64,000 bases of DNA from positions 7,707 to 71,706 of the forward strand of contig DATERV010000174.1 of the NCBI GenBank assembly GCA_035271185.1, given 5' to 3'. Made by a program: the position numbers and the translations under genes. The notes under the pieces are model-generated. The model did not search any database, was not told the origin of the DNA, and was given only the letters and a program-made list of their open reading frames with translations. Position 1 is the stretch's first letter. Every line of letters starts with the position of its first letter. The stretch comes from Lachnospiraceae bacterium. GTDB lineage: Bacteria; Bacillota; Clostridia; Lachnospirales; Lachnospiraceae. Below are positions 9,373 to 19,314 of this stretch, piece by piece.

Positions 9373-10284
9373 ATGGATTTCAAAAATAAGAAAAATCAAA
9401 ATCTCATGCAGCTGATTAAACGGATGCATGGCCTCGTAGAAAATGCAGACCTGGAAAAACACAGACAGTCACAAAACTATATCGGAGCAATTTTGGGGAA
9501 CAACAAGGAAGTCAGCTATATGGAAGTGACTATGGATGGCATTCATGGAGAATGGGCCTGTGTGAGCAGAACTCATATGAAGAAGTATGTGATTCTGTAT
9601 TGTCATGGAGGTGGATATTCCACCGGCAGCTGTATTTATGGACGTACACTGACCTCAAAACTGGCAGTCAGCACATCTATGGATGTTTTGAGCTTTGATT
9701 ACCGGCTTGCACCCGAATATCCATACCCGGCAGCAGTGGATGATGCTGTAAAAGTATGGGACTATCTTATGTTGTTGGGATATGGTGCTAGGGATATTAT
9801 TCTTGCGGGGGATTCTGCAGGTGGAAATCTGGCACTGGTATTGACTTTGAAATTAAAAGAAGAAGGAAGACTTTTACCCAGGGGACTCATTCTCATGTCG
9901 CCTTGGACAGACCTGACTTCCAACGGAAAATCCCATGACACCAAAGCAGAAGTTGACCCGATACTTAACAAAGAGTACATTGACAGAATGATATGTGCCT
10001 ATACAGCGGAACTTTGCCATGTCCCGGAGAACTTGATGAATCCATTTATCTCTCCTTTGTATGGTGATTTTGAGGGGTTCCCTCCCACTTACATTCAGGT
10101 GGGGGATAATGAAATCCTGTTAAGTGATTCCCTAAAACTGCATAAGCGAATGGTGAAAGCAAACGTTTCCGTGAAGCTGGACCACTTTAAGGGGATGTGG
10201 CATGTTTTCCAGATGTCACCAATTAAGACAGCTTATGATGCCATTGACAAGAACGCAGAGTTTATCTACTCAATCTGCCGTTAG
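9373..10284 (+). CDS. Alpha/beta-hydrolase esterase/lipase (HSL-like, Abhydrolase_3 type)
   Basis: HGGGY oxyanion motif and GDSAGGNL nucleophile elbow. The track starts at 9367 (MNM...). ATG 9373 has better spacing to GAGGGG (9360-9365). Confidence 0.85.
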   Translation: MDFKNKKNQNLMQLIKRMHGLVENADLEKHRQSQNYIGAILGNNKEVSYMEVTMDGIHGEWACVSRTHMKKYVILYCHGGGYSTGSCIYGRTLTSKLAVSTSMDVLSFDYRLAPEYPYPAAVDDAVKVWDYLMLLGYGARDIILAGDSAGGNLALVLTLKLKEEGRLLPRGLILMSPWTDLTSNGKSHDTKAEVDPILNKEYIDRMICAYTAELCHVPENLMNPFISPLYGDFEGFPPTYIQVGDNEILLSDSLKLHKRMVKANVSVKLDHFKGMWHVFQMSPIKTAYDAIDKNAEFIYSICR

Positions 10285-10312
10285 GGGGATGGTTTACCCA
10301 TAATAATTCATT

Positions 10313-10433
10313 GGATTACCCCACAGGCGCGCTATCGCTTAACTTCAAACGTAACAGTACTAAGATTCTTGTTGGCTTATAGCCACAAGAATCAAGTACT
10401 GACGTTTTCAGAAAGCCTGTGAGGTAAAGCCAA
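10313..10433. repeat. ~120-bp imperfect-palindrome intergenic repeat, copy 1
   Basis: The halves are reverse-complementary around centre GTTGGCTTATAGCCAC. Inverted termini are TTGGATTAC / GTAAAGCCAA. Aligns along its length with the reverse complement of 19155-19270. Confidence 0.8.
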
Positions 10434-10567
10434 TGAATTTTTATTGAGCAAACATCCGGAAAATAAAAAAAGGAGTTTGAAAGTTTACGCAGAATATTAT
10501 ATATGTGGTACTTGTGAGAAAACAGTTGGTTTTTTGCTGCAGCGCAAAGCGCAGAAAGGTTACGCGT

Positions 10568-11572
10568 ATGACAATCAGAGGACAACTGGAATTATGGGAA
10601 AAAGAATATCTAAGTCCCTATGCAATGCTAAGTTTGAACACCAAAGGGAGAAGTCGCGAGGAAGAACAGTGCGATATTCGTCCCGATTTTCAAAGAGACA
10701 GGGACAGGATACTGCATTGTAAATCATTTCGTAGACTGAAGGATAAAACCCAGGTGTTTCTCACACCGGAAGGAGATCATTATCGAACCAGACTGACCCA
10801 TACTCTGGAAGTATCCCAAAATGCACGTACAATAGCTAAGGCTCTTCAGATGAATGAAGATCTAGTGGAAGCAATTGCATTGGGACATGACCTGGGACAT
10901 ACACCTTTTGGACATGCAGGTGAAAGGGCTTTAGATAAAATTTGCCCCTATGGTTTTAAACATAATCAGCAGAGTGTCAGGACTGTAGAAAAGCTGGAAA
11001 AAAGCGGGCAGGGATTGAATCTGACCTGGGAAGTAAAGGATGGTATTTTAAACCACCAGACAGAAAGTATGCCGCATACACTGGAGGGTAAGATTGTCAG
11101 ACTATCCGATAAGATTGCCTATATTCATCATGATATGGATGATGCAATCAGGGGTGGTATTTTGACAGAAGCAGACGTGCCCAAAGAAATTGATGATGTA
11201 ATTGGGTATACCACGGGGGAACGATTGGATCACTTTATTCATGATATTGTGACCACTAGCTTCGGAACAGATGACATCAGAATGTCTATACCTGTTCATA
11301 AAGCCATGGAGCAGATACGTCAGTTTATGTTTGAACGCGTTTATCAGAATTCGGAAGCAAAAAGTGAAGAAGGCAAGGCAGAGATGCTGGTAGAAACATT
11401 GTACGGGCATTATATGAAGCATATGGAAACGCTTCCTGCGGATCTTCTGCGTATGTTAGGAGAAGGAGAGCCTAAGGAAAAAATTGTATGTGACTATATA
11501 AGTGCAATGACAGATCGATTTGCAATTGCAACCTATGAAGAGTTATACATACCCAAGTCCTGGCACGGCTGA
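10568..11572 (+). CDS. dgt: dGTPase-like HD-domain deoxynucleoside triphosphate triphosphohydrolase
   Basis: HD motifs (RLTHTLEVSQ, GHDLGHTPFGHAGE, HHDMDD) and position upstream of dnaG-rpoD. The track start at 10505 adds 21 aa; the in-frame ATG 10568 (MTIRGQLELWEKEYLSPYA) is preceded by AGAAAGG. Confidence 0.85.
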   Translation: MTIRGQLELWEKEYLSPYAMLSLNTKGRSREEEQCDIRPDFQRDRDRILHCKSFRRLKDKTQVFLTPEGDHYRTRLTHTLEVSQNARTIAKALQMNEDLVEAIALGHDLGHTPFGHAGERALDKICPYGFKHNQQSVRTVEKLEKSGQGLNLTWEVKDGILNHQTESMPHTLEGKIVRLSDKIAYIHHDMDDAIRGGILTEADVPKEIDDVIGYTTGERLDHFIHDIVTTSFGTDDIRMSIPVHKAMEQIRQFMFERVYQNSEAKSEEGKAEMLVETLYGHYMKHMETLPADLLRMLGEGEPKEKIVCDYISAMTDRFAIATYEELYIPKSWHG

Positions 11573-11617
11573 GCCTGCCAGATGAATTGGTGAAAGTAAG
11601 AGAATAGAAGGAGAAAG

Positions 11618-13390
11618 ATGCTATATTCAGAGGAACTTATAGAAGAAGTCAGAATAAGAAATGATATAGTGGATGTGATTTCAGGTTATGTGAAATTACA
11701 GAAAAAAGGTGCTAATTATTTTGGACTCTGTCCATTCCATAATGAAAAATCTGCATCCTTTTCCGTGTCCGGTCAGAAGCAGATGTTCCATTGTTTTGGC
11801 TGCGGTGCAGGAGGAAATGTATTTACTTTCATTATGAATTATGAAAACTATACATTTGGAGAAGCTATTAAAATGCTGGCGGATAAAGCCAGTGTCAGTT
11901 TACCTCAGATAGAATATTCTGAGGAGATGCGGAAAAAAGAAAATTACAGAGAAAGAATGTTGGAAGTCAATAAAGAAGCAGCAAAATACTTCTATGTGAA
12001 ACTTCGCACCCCTCATGGAGAACAGGGTTATCGCTATTTGTCAAATAGGATGCTCAGTGAAGAGACCATGAAAAAATTTGGTCTGGGTTTTGCAGGTAAA
12101 ACTTCCAATGACTTATATCAGTATCTGAAACATAAGGGATTTGAAGACAAACTGATTCAGGATGCCGGATTGGGCAGATTTGATGAACGGTATGGTATGT
12201 ATGATTATTTTCGAAATCGTGTCATGTATCCCATTCAGGATAGTAACCACCGGGTAATCGGTTTTGGTGGACGTGTCATGGGAGAAGGAGAACCCAAATA
12301 CTTAAACTCACAGGAGACCCAGATTTTTGATAAAGGCAGGAATCTCTATGGCTTGAATTTTGCCAGAACAGCAAGAACTGGGAATATTATTCTGTGTGAA
12401 GGGTATATGGATGTCATTTCCATGCATCAGGCCGGATTTACTCAGGCAGTAGCATCATTAGGAACAGCTTTTACAGCAGGACAGGCTAATATACTGAGGA
12501 GATATACAGATAATGTGCTATTGTCTTATGATAGTGATGGTGCAGGCGTAAAAGCGGCACTGAGGGCTATTGGTATACTGAAGGAAGTAGGCCTTACTGG
12601 TAAAATCATCAATATGAAGCCACATAAGGATCCGGATGATTTCATAAAGAATGAGGGAAAAGAAAAGTTCCAGGAACGAATCGATAATGCCGAGAACAGC
12701 TTTCTGTTTGAAATCAGAATGCTGGAAAGAGAATTTGATTTACAGGATCCGGAGAGAAAAACAAAATTTCATAAAGAAATCGCAAGAAAACTTTGCTCTT
12801 TTGAAGTTGAAGTAGAAAGAGAAAATTATTTGGAAGCAATTACAGAACAGTACAATATTGGTTTTGACAATCTGCGGAAGCTGGTAAATACTTACGCTGC
12901 ACAGACCGGTCTGGTTAAGGCTGCAGAACGCCCCAAGTCAGGGCTGGCAAAAAAGAATTCCCCATTGGAAAATGGGAAAAAGGTGCAGAGGATGCTACTC
13001 ACTTGGATTACAGACGAGCCGGGGGTATATAAAAAAATATCCCAATACCTGAGCCCTAAGGATTTTACGGAGGAATTATACAGAAGGGTTGCGGAAAGAC
13101 TATTTGCGGATGTAGAAGCCGGAATGTATAATCCTGCTTCCATAGTCAGTATGTTTGAAGATGAAGGAGAACAAAGGGAAGCAGCAGCTTTATTTAATAC
13201 GAAGGTAGAGGCAATTGAGACCAAACAGGAAAAAGAGAGAGCCTTCCATGATATTTTGTATGCTGTGAAAAAAAATAGTTATGAATACTATTCCGGTAAG
13301 CTTGGAAGTGACATGAATGCCATTAATCAGGTAATCACAGGAAAGAGGGCATTGGAAGAACTTAGTAAAACGCATATTTCTTTAGATTAA
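11618..13390 (+). CDS. dnaG: DNA primase
   Basis: Zinc-binding [13 protein letters not shown]...[29 protein letters not shown] and DSDGAG. AAGGAG SD. Confidence 0.97.
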   Translation: MLYSEELIEEVRIRNDIVDVISGYVKLQKKGANYFGLCPFHNEKSASFSVSGQKQMFHCFGCGAGGNVFTFIMNYENYTFGEAIKMLADKASVSLPQIEYSEEMRKKENYRERMLEVNKEAAKYFYVKLRTPHGEQGYRYLSNRMLSEETMKKFGLGFAGKTSNDLYQYLKHKGFEDKLIQDAGLGRFDERYGMYDYFRNRVMYPIQDSNHRVIGFGGRVMGEGEPKYLNSQETQIFDKGRNLYGLNFARTARTGNIILCEGYMDVISMHQAGFTQAVASLGTAFTAGQANILRRYTDNVLLSYDSDGAGVKAALRAIGILKEVGLTGKIINMKPHKDPDDFIKNEGKEKFQERIDNAENSFLFEIRMLEREFDLQDPERKTKFHKEIARKLCSFEVEVERENYLEAITEQYNIGFDNLRKLVNTYAAQTGLVKAAERPKSGLAKKNSPLENGKKVQRMLLTWITDEPGVYKKISQYLSPKDFTEELYRRVAERLFADVEAGMYNPASIVSMFEDEGEQREAAALFNTKVEAIETKQEKERAFHDILYAVKKNSYEYYSGKLGSDMNAINQVITGKRALEELSKTHISLD

Positions 13391-13431
13391 GGCTATACTA
13401 CTATTACGTTTCGAAAGGATGGAACCCCAAA

Positions 13432-14553
13432 ATGGATGAAAACACAAGAGCAAGGTTTGAAGAGAAGATGAAGGATCTTCTTGCCATTGCAAAGAAGAAA
13501 AAGAGCGTATTGGAATATCAGGAGATCAGTGATTTTTTCTCAGATATGACACTGGAGGAAGAACAGTTTGATAAAATTCTGGAAACATTAGAGCAGAATA
13601 GTGTAGATGTCCTGCGAATTATAGAGGATGATGATGATGTAAGTGATGATGAAATCATCCTGATAGATGAAGAAGATGCAGAAGTAGATGTGGAGAAAAT
13701 TGAGCTTTCAGTACCTGACGGCATTAGTATTGAGGATCCTGTCAGAATGTATCTGAAAGAAATTGGTAAGGTTTCACTCTTGTCAGCAGAAGAAGAAATT
13801 GAACTTGCTAAAAAAATGGAATTAGGCGATCTGGAAGCCAAGAAACGTCTGGCTGAAGCGAACCTTCGTCTTGTAGTGAGTATTGCCAAGAGGTATGTGG
13901 GACGTGGTATGCTTTTTCTTGATTTGATTCAGGAAGGAAATTTGGGATTAATTAAAGCAGTTGAAAAGTTTGATTACCGTAAGGGCTATAAATTTTCAAC
14001 CTATGCTACATGGTGGATCAGACAGGCTATTACCCGAGCAATAGCAGATCAGGCAAGAACCATCCGTATTCCTGTGCATATGGTTGAGACCATCAATAAA
14101 TTGATTCGTATCAGCAGACAGCTTTTGCAGGAATTAGGACGTGAACCTTCCCCGGAAGAGATTGCAGTAGAAATGAATTTGCCGGTGGAACGTGTTAGAG
14201 AGATCTTGAAGATCAGTCAGGAACCAGTTTCACTGGAAACCCCTATTGGCGAAGAAGAGGACAGTCATTTGGGTGACTTTATCCAGGATGATAATGTGCC
14301 TGTCCCTGCAGATGCAGCAGCTTTTACTTTATTAAAAGAACAGTTGGTAGAAGTGCTGGGTACACTTACAGAAAGGGAGCAGAAGGTTCTTCGCTTACGT
14401 TTTGGCCTGGATGATGGAAGGGCACGTACATTGGAGGAAGTGGGAAAGGAATTCAGTGTAACCCGTGAACGTATCAGACAGATTGAAGCAAAGGCCTTAA
14501 GAAAATTAAGACACCCAAGTAGAAGTCGCAAATTAAAGGACTATCTGGATTAG
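13432..14553 (+). CDS. rpoD: Primary RNA polymerase sigma factor (sigma-70/SigA)
   Basis: Region 2 [27 protein letters not shown], region 4.2 [30 protein letters not shown], acidic N-terminal region. Confidence 0.97.
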   Translation: MDENTRARFEEKMKDLLAIAKKKKSVLEYQEISDFFSDMTLEEEQFDKILETLEQNSVDVLRIIEDDDDVSDDEIILIDEEDAEVDVEKIELSVPDGISIEDPVRMYLKEIGKVSLLSAEEEIELAKKMELGDLEAKKRLAEANLRLVVSIAKRYVGRGMLFLDLIQEGNLGLIKAVEKFDYRKGYKFSTYATWWIRQAITRAIADQARTIRIPVHMVETINKLIRISRQLLQELGREPSPEEIAVEMNLPVERVREILKISQEPVSLETPIGEEEDSHLGDFIQDDNVPVPADAAAFTLLKEQLVEVLGTLTEREQKVLRLRFGLDDGRARTLEEVGKEFSVTRERIRQIEAKALRKLRHPSRSRKLKDYLD

Positions 14554-14561
14554 GAAAAGCC

Positions 14562-15284
14562 ATGGACTTATCAAAAAGAATGAAGACAGTAGCAGATATG
14601 GTTACACCGGGATCAGTGGTAGCCGATGTTGGCTGTGACCATGGCTTTGTATCCATTTATCTGTATGAAGAAAAAATAGCGCCAAAAGTTTTGGCGATGG
14701 ATGTACGAAAGGGACCTTTAGAGAGAGCAGAAGAACATATTAGGGGTTGTGGTTATACTTCCTACATAGAAACAAGACTTTCAGATGGAGTGAAGGAACT
14801 TTTAAAGGGCGAAGCTGATACCTTGATTTGTGCCGGAATGGGTGGCAGACTGATGGCCAAAATTCTGGATGAAGGATATGAAAAGGTCAAAATAATGAAG
14901 GAACTGATTTTACAACCTCAATCAGACCTTCCATTCTTTCGTAAATTTTTAAGAACGCATCAGTTTAAAATTATAAAGGAAAGTATGTTAAAAGAAGAAG
15001 GGAAGTATTATGTTGTCATCAAGGCCGCATATGCGCAGGGGGAACTAACAAACGCGGATGCAGAATTACAAAAGATTTATGATAGCTTTGGACCTTGTTT
15101 GGTGAGAGAAAAGGACTCAGTATTACAGGAATACCTGGGGTTACTCTTAGAAAGAAACCAGTCCATTCTTGCCAGGATAGAAGAACATCAGGATTCTAGC
15201 AGAAAACGAATCAGAATACAGGAAATCATAAGAGAAAACAAGGATATCGAAACATGCCTGCAGTACTGCAGAGGTCAATTTTAA
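14562..15284 (+). CDS. trmK: tRNA (adenine22-N1)-methyltransferase TrmK (YqfN-like)
   Basis: N-terminus LSKRMKTVADMV..VADVGCDHGFV matches the TrmK family. Conserved position after sigA, as in Bacillus. Confidence 0.85.
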   Translation: MDLSKRMKTVADMVTPGSVVADVGCDHGFVSIYLYEEKIAPKVLAMDVRKGPLERAEEHIRGCGYTSYIETRLSDGVKELLKGEADTLICAGMGGRLMAKILDEGYEKVKIMKELILQPQSDLPFFRKFLRTHQFKIIKESMLKEEGKYYVVIKAAYAQGELTNADAELQKIYDSFGPCLVREKDSVLQEYLGLLLERNQSILARIEEHQDSSRKRIRIQEIIRENKDIETCLQYCRGQF

Positions 15285-15296
15285 AGGAGCATTCCT

Positions 15297-16079
15297 ATGA
15301 AATGTACTGATATTGCTAAAAGACTGGAAATACTGGCACCTGTTAAATATGCTGAAAGTTATGATAATGTGGGGCTTATAGCAGGCAGGAGTACAAAGGA
15401 TATCAAAAAGGTTTATCTAGCCGTGGATGCAACAGATGAAGTCATTGAAGAAGCCATTGATTGGGAAGCGGATCTTCTGCTGACACATCATCCCCTGATT
15501 TTTTCTCCGTTAAAAAGGTTAACAGAAGAGAACTTTATTGGTAGAAGGGTAGTAAGATTATTACAGGCGGATTTATGTTATTATGCCATGCATACAAACT
15601 TTGATATTATGTGCATGGCCGATGCAGCGGCTGATGAACTGATGCTACAAAACAGTCAGGTTTTACAAGTGACTTATGAGGATGAACTATCCAAAGAGGG
15701 AATTGGCAGATATGGCATGCTTCCCAGGACAATGACCCTTTCAGAATGTGCTGAATTCGTAAAGGACATTTTCAGGCTTCCTGCTGTACGTGTCTATGGA
15801 GAATTGAAGGATAAGGTTGAAATAGCAGCTATTTCGCCCGGTTCTGCCAAGTCGGTGATTCCTTATGCGGTACAGACAGGTGTGGATGTATTGATATCAG
15901 GAGATATCGATCACCATATGGGAATTGATCTGGTTTCTCAGGGAGTATCCGTTATTGATGCAGGGCATTATGGTCTGGAAAAACTATTTGTTCCTTTTAT
16001 GAAAGATTATTTTTTGCGAAACTTGCCTGAAGTCAAGGTTGAGACTACAGAAGAAAAAAGCCCATATATAGTAATATAG
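15297..16079 (+). CDS. Nif3-like dinuclear metal-centre protein (YqfO-like)
   Basis: 260 aa. DNVGL, LLLTHHPLIF and GHY motifs typical of the NIF3 family. Synteny with trmK. Confidence 0.85.
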   Translation: MKCTDIAKRLEILAPVKYAESYDNVGLIAGRSTKDIKKVYLAVDATDEVIEEAIDWEADLLLTHHPLIFSPLKRLTEENFIGRRVVRLLQADLCYYAMHTNFDIMCMADAAADELMLQNSQVLQVTYEDELSKEGIGRYGMLPRTMTLSECAEFVKDIFRLPAVRVYGELKDKVEIAAISPGSAKSVIPYAVQTGVDVLISGDIDHHMGIDLVSQGVSVIDAGHYGLEKLFVPFMKDYFLRNLPEVKVETTEEKSPYIVI

Positions 16080-16096
16080 GAGAAAGAGAGTAGAGC

Positions 16097-17749
16097 ATGA
16101 TAACACTTACGATTGAGGGAATGGAAAAACAATATCCAAGCGGAATCTCATTTGAAGATATTGTGAAGGAATACCAGCCAGCCTATGATAACCAAATTGC
16201 GGTGGTGGCATTGAATGGTAAAATCAGAGAGCTTTTTAAAAAAGCTACCAGAGATGGGGTTCTAGATTTTTTCACATTGAAGGATGCAGTAGGCAACAAA
16301 ACTTATGCACGTACAGCAACCATGATGCTGCTAAAATCTGTTTTTGATGTAGCAGGTGCTGAAAGTGCGCAAGGATGTCGTGTGGAATTTACGTTAGGAC
16401 ACGGTTACTTTATCAGTACCGGAAAGATGAAAGTGACGGAAGAACTGATTCAGAAGATCAAGAATCGGATGGCAGAGCTGGTTGAACTTAGAATGCCGAT
16501 GTACAAAAAATCCTATGTTATTCATGATGCTATGGAATTGTTTCGCAATAAAGGCATGAGGGATAAGGAAAAACTCTTTCGATACAGACGTAGCTCTTTT
16601 GTAAATATTTATGAGATGGAGGGCTATTTTGATTATTATTATGGATATATGCTCCCCAATGCCGGATATGTGAAATATTTTGATTTGATTCCATATGAAC
16701 AGGGTATGATGCTTTTATTACCTGAGCGAAAGAATCCCGATATAGTTCTTCCCTTACAGGATAGAAAGCTTTTATTCAAGACACTGGCGGAAGCTGAAAA
16801 GTGGGGCGAAAAAGTGAACATCACAACTGTTTGCGATTTGAATGACCAGATTTGTGCCGGCTATATGAATGATATGATTCTGGTTCAGGAAGCAGAGCAG
16901 GAACGTAAAATTGGTGAGATTGCGAAGGAAATTGTAAATAGAGGAAATGTGAAGTTTGTTATGATTGCAGGACCATCGTCCTCAGGAAAAACAAGCTTTT
17001 CCCATAGGTTATCCATACAGTTAAGAACCCAGGGAATGACTCCCCACCCCATAGGGCTGGATGATTATTTTGTGGACAGGGAATTTACACCCAGAGATGA
17101 AAACGGAGATTACAATTTTGAATGTCTAGAAGCCATTGATTTAGACGGATTCAACCGTGATATGTGTGCTCTTCTTGCAGGAGAAACATTAAAAATGCCC
17201 TCCTTTAATTTTAAAACTGGGAAGCGGGAATATAAAGGGAATACCTTGACTTTAGGAAAAGAAGATATTCTGGTGATTGAAGGAATACATGGACTGAATG
17301 AAAAAACTTCTTATGCGCTTCCGAATGAAAGTAAATATAAGATATATATCAGTGCACTGACCAGTCTGAATATTGATGAGCACAATAGGATTCCGACCAC
17401 AGATGTGAGACTGTTGAGAAGAATGGTTCGTGATGCAAGAACCAGAGGAGCCAGTGCAAAAAGAACGATTCAAATGTGGCCATCAGTCAGACGTGGGGAG
17501 GAAGAAAATATTTTTCCCTTTCAGGAGAGTGCAGATGCCATGTTCAACTCTGCATTGATATATGAATTGGCTGTTTTAAAGCAGTTTGCTGAACCACTCC
17601 TTTTTGGATTAGAGAAGGGGGAGCCTGAATATTATGAAGCAAGGCGGTTGCTAAAATTCTTAGAATATTTTCTGGGTGTAAGCAGTGAGAGTCTTCCCTA
17701 TAATTCTATATTCAGGGAATTTGTTGGAGGAAGTTGCTTTAGTGTTTAA
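16097..17749 (+). CDS. Uridine-kinase/PRK-family nucleoside kinase with N-terminal TGS-like domain
   Basis: P-loop IAGPSSSGKTSF in the C-terminal half. The N-terminal ~60 aa are TGS-like (ITLTIEG...ALNGKIREL). Confidence 0.75.
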   Translation: MITLTIEGMEKQYPSGISFEDIVKEYQPAYDNQIAVVALNGKIRELFKKATRDGVLDFFTLKDAVGNKTYARTATMMLLKSVFDVAGAESAQGCRVEFTLGHGYFISTGKMKVTEELIQKIKNRMAELVELRMPMYKKSYVIHDAMELFRNKGMRDKEKLFRYRRSSFVNIYEMEGYFDYYYGYMLPNAGYVKYFDLIPYEQGMMLLLPERKNPDIVLPLQDRKLLFKTLAEAEKWGEKVNITTVCDLNDQICAGYMNDMILVQEAEQERKIGEIAKEIVNRGNVKFVMIAGPSSSGKTSFSHRLSIQLRTQGMTPHPIGLDDYFVDREFTPRDENGDYNFECLEAIDLDGFNRDMCALLAGETLKMPSFNFKTGKREYKGNTLTLGKEDILVIEGIHGLNEKTSYALPNESKYKIYISALTSLNIDEHNRIPTTDVRLLRRMVRDARTRGASAKRTIQMWPSVRRGEEENIFPFQESADAMFNSALIYELAVLKQFAEPLLFGLEKGEPEYYEARRLLKFLEYFLGVSSESLPYNSIFREFVGGSCFSV

Positions 17750-17797
17750 TGCAATTTAGCAAAATGGCCATAGGAAATGGGTTTTTTATTAAATAGA

Positions 17798-17842
17798 CTG
17801 TCACTAATAACTGATAAAACAGTTACTGGTGGCAGTTTTTTT
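17798..17842 (+). terminator. Rho-independent terminator ending the housekeeping block
   Basis: 16-bp stem CTGTCACTAATAACTG / CAGTTACTGGTGGCAG (1 mismatch, 2 G-U), loop ATAAAA, then T7. Confidence 0.8.
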
Positions 17843-17991
17843 ATGTAATTAGTGAATAAAATTGATCGTATTACCACCTATTTTTTGTGAAAAAGCAATA
17901 AATGGTGATTATTTCACATTCTTTGGTAAGCCTTAAATGCATTTTCTAACTATAATGGAGATAACTATAATAGCATAAGGAGTATTGGCGT

Positions 17992-19122
17992 ATGAAGGAG
18001 AAAAGGTATAGAAATGTGTTTACAGAGCTTGGTATTGCAGAAGGTGATGTAAACAAAAAGATAGAGCAGACTTTTCAGACTTTCTTTTATGGAAGTGAAG
18101 AAGAAAGAATCTATCATCCGGTAGGGGAAGATATGGGATATCTGGAGGATACCGGCAACCATGATGCGCGGACAGAGGGTATGTCCTATGGTATGATGAT
18201 TTGTGTGCAGCTGAATAAAAAAGAGGAATTTGACCGCCTATGGAAGTGGGCTAAAACATATATGTGGATGGATAGCGGCTATAATGAGGGATATTTTGCC
18301 TGGTCCTGCCAGCTGGATGGAAAGAAGAATGCCGATGGATCCGCTCCAGACGGAGAAGTATTCTTTGCCATGTCCTTATTTTTTGCTTCTCACAGGTGGG
18401 GGGAAGGGGAAGGAATCTTTGCTTATGCCGCGGAAGCCAGAAAGATACTGAGTGCTTGTATACATAAGGGGAGGAATGGCAGAATCGGAACTCCTATGTG
18501 GAATCAGGATAATTATCAGATTTTGTTTGTTCCGGGAATTGATTTTACAGACCCCTCTTATCACTTACCGTCTTTTTTTGATTTGTTTGCATTGTGGGCT
18601 GATGAAGAGGATCGCTCTTTCTTTCAAAAAGCAGCAAAGGTAAGTAGAGAGTATCTGGTGAAAGCATGCCATCCTGTAACGGGATTATGTGCTGAGTATG
18701 CAGAATTTGATGGAACACCCTTTACCCGCAAGCTTCCCTGGACCACTGACAGGCATGATTTGTTCTATTCAGATGCATATCGAACAGCTGCCAACATCGG
18801 TCTGGATGCAGCGTGGTCAGGAGAGGATTTAGGACAGTATGCGATAGCTGACAAACTGCTTCATTTCTTTGGGGACGCATATGAAGCAGAGTTTGGTATT
18901 TATGAGATAGATGGCACCAAGATGGAAGGTCAGGCACTGCATCCCATAGGTCTGCTTTCTACCAACGCACAGGCTGCCTTGGCATGTAAAACAGATGTCT
19001 ATATAAGCTGGGTAAAACGCTTCTTTGAGACGCCCTTACGTGAGGGAGATCGCAGATATTATGACAACTGCCTGTATTTCTTTGCACTACTGGCATTAAG
19101 TGGTAATTATAGAATCTGGTAA
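17992..19122 (+). CDS. GH8 reducing-end xylose-releasing exo-oligoxylanase (Rex8-like)
   Basis: Strong by-eye resemblance to Bacillus halodurans Rex (YRNVF..., TEGMSYGMM, GYFAWSC, APDGE.FFA..LFFASHRWG, RRYYDNCLYFFALLALSGNYRIW). No signal peptide. Confidence 0.92.
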   Translation: MKEKRYRNVFTELGIAEGDVNKKIEQTFQTFFYGSEEERIYHPVGEDMGYLEDTGNHDARTEGMSYGMMICVQLNKKEEFDRLWKWAKTYMWMDSGYNEGYFAWSCQLDGKKNADGSAPDGEVFFAMSLFFASHRWGEGEGIFAYAAEARKILSACIHKGRNGRIGTPMWNQDNYQILFVPGIDFTDPSYHLPSFFDLFALWADEEDRSFFQKAAKVSREYLVKACHPVTGLCAEYAEFDGTPFTRKLPWTTDRHDLFYSDAYRTAANIGLDAAWSGEDLGQYAIADKLLHFFGDAYEAEFGIYEIDGTKMEGQALHPIGLLSTNAQAALACKTDVYISWVKRFFETPLREGDRRYYDNCLYFFALLALSGNYRIW

Positions 19123-19154
19123 ATAGATTGTACATAATTCTATTAAGAGTAATT

Positions 19155-19270
19155 TGATTTACACGAAAAGGCACTCGAAAAACGTCAGCACTTGATTCTT
19201 GAGCACTAGCGAAAGAATCTTAGTACTGCTACGTTTTTCGTGTAGCGAGAGCGTGCCTGTCGTGTAATCC
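19155..19270. repeat. ~115-bp imperfect-palindrome intergenic repeat, copy 2 (inverted relative to copy 1)
   Basis: Its reverse complement aligns with 10313-10433. TTGGATTAC is identical, and the blocks ACGTAgCAGTACTAAGATTCTT and AAGAATCAAGTgCTGACGTTTT each differ at one position. Outer stem ACACGAAAAGGCAC / GTGCCTGTCGTGT. Confidence 0.8.
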
Positions 19271-19314
19271 AATTACTGCAACAATAATAAGATGAATACT
19301 AAAAGGAGTGATAC

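Noticed and set aside
10316-10722. ORFs 10316-10585 (minus strand, 89 aa) and 10444-10722 (plus strand, 92 aa) in the esterase-dgt intergenic region
   Set aside because: The minus ORF is translated straight through the palindromic repeat. The plus ORF uses a non-ATG start and overlaps the dgt gene out of frame. Neither has an SD or a recognisable motif.
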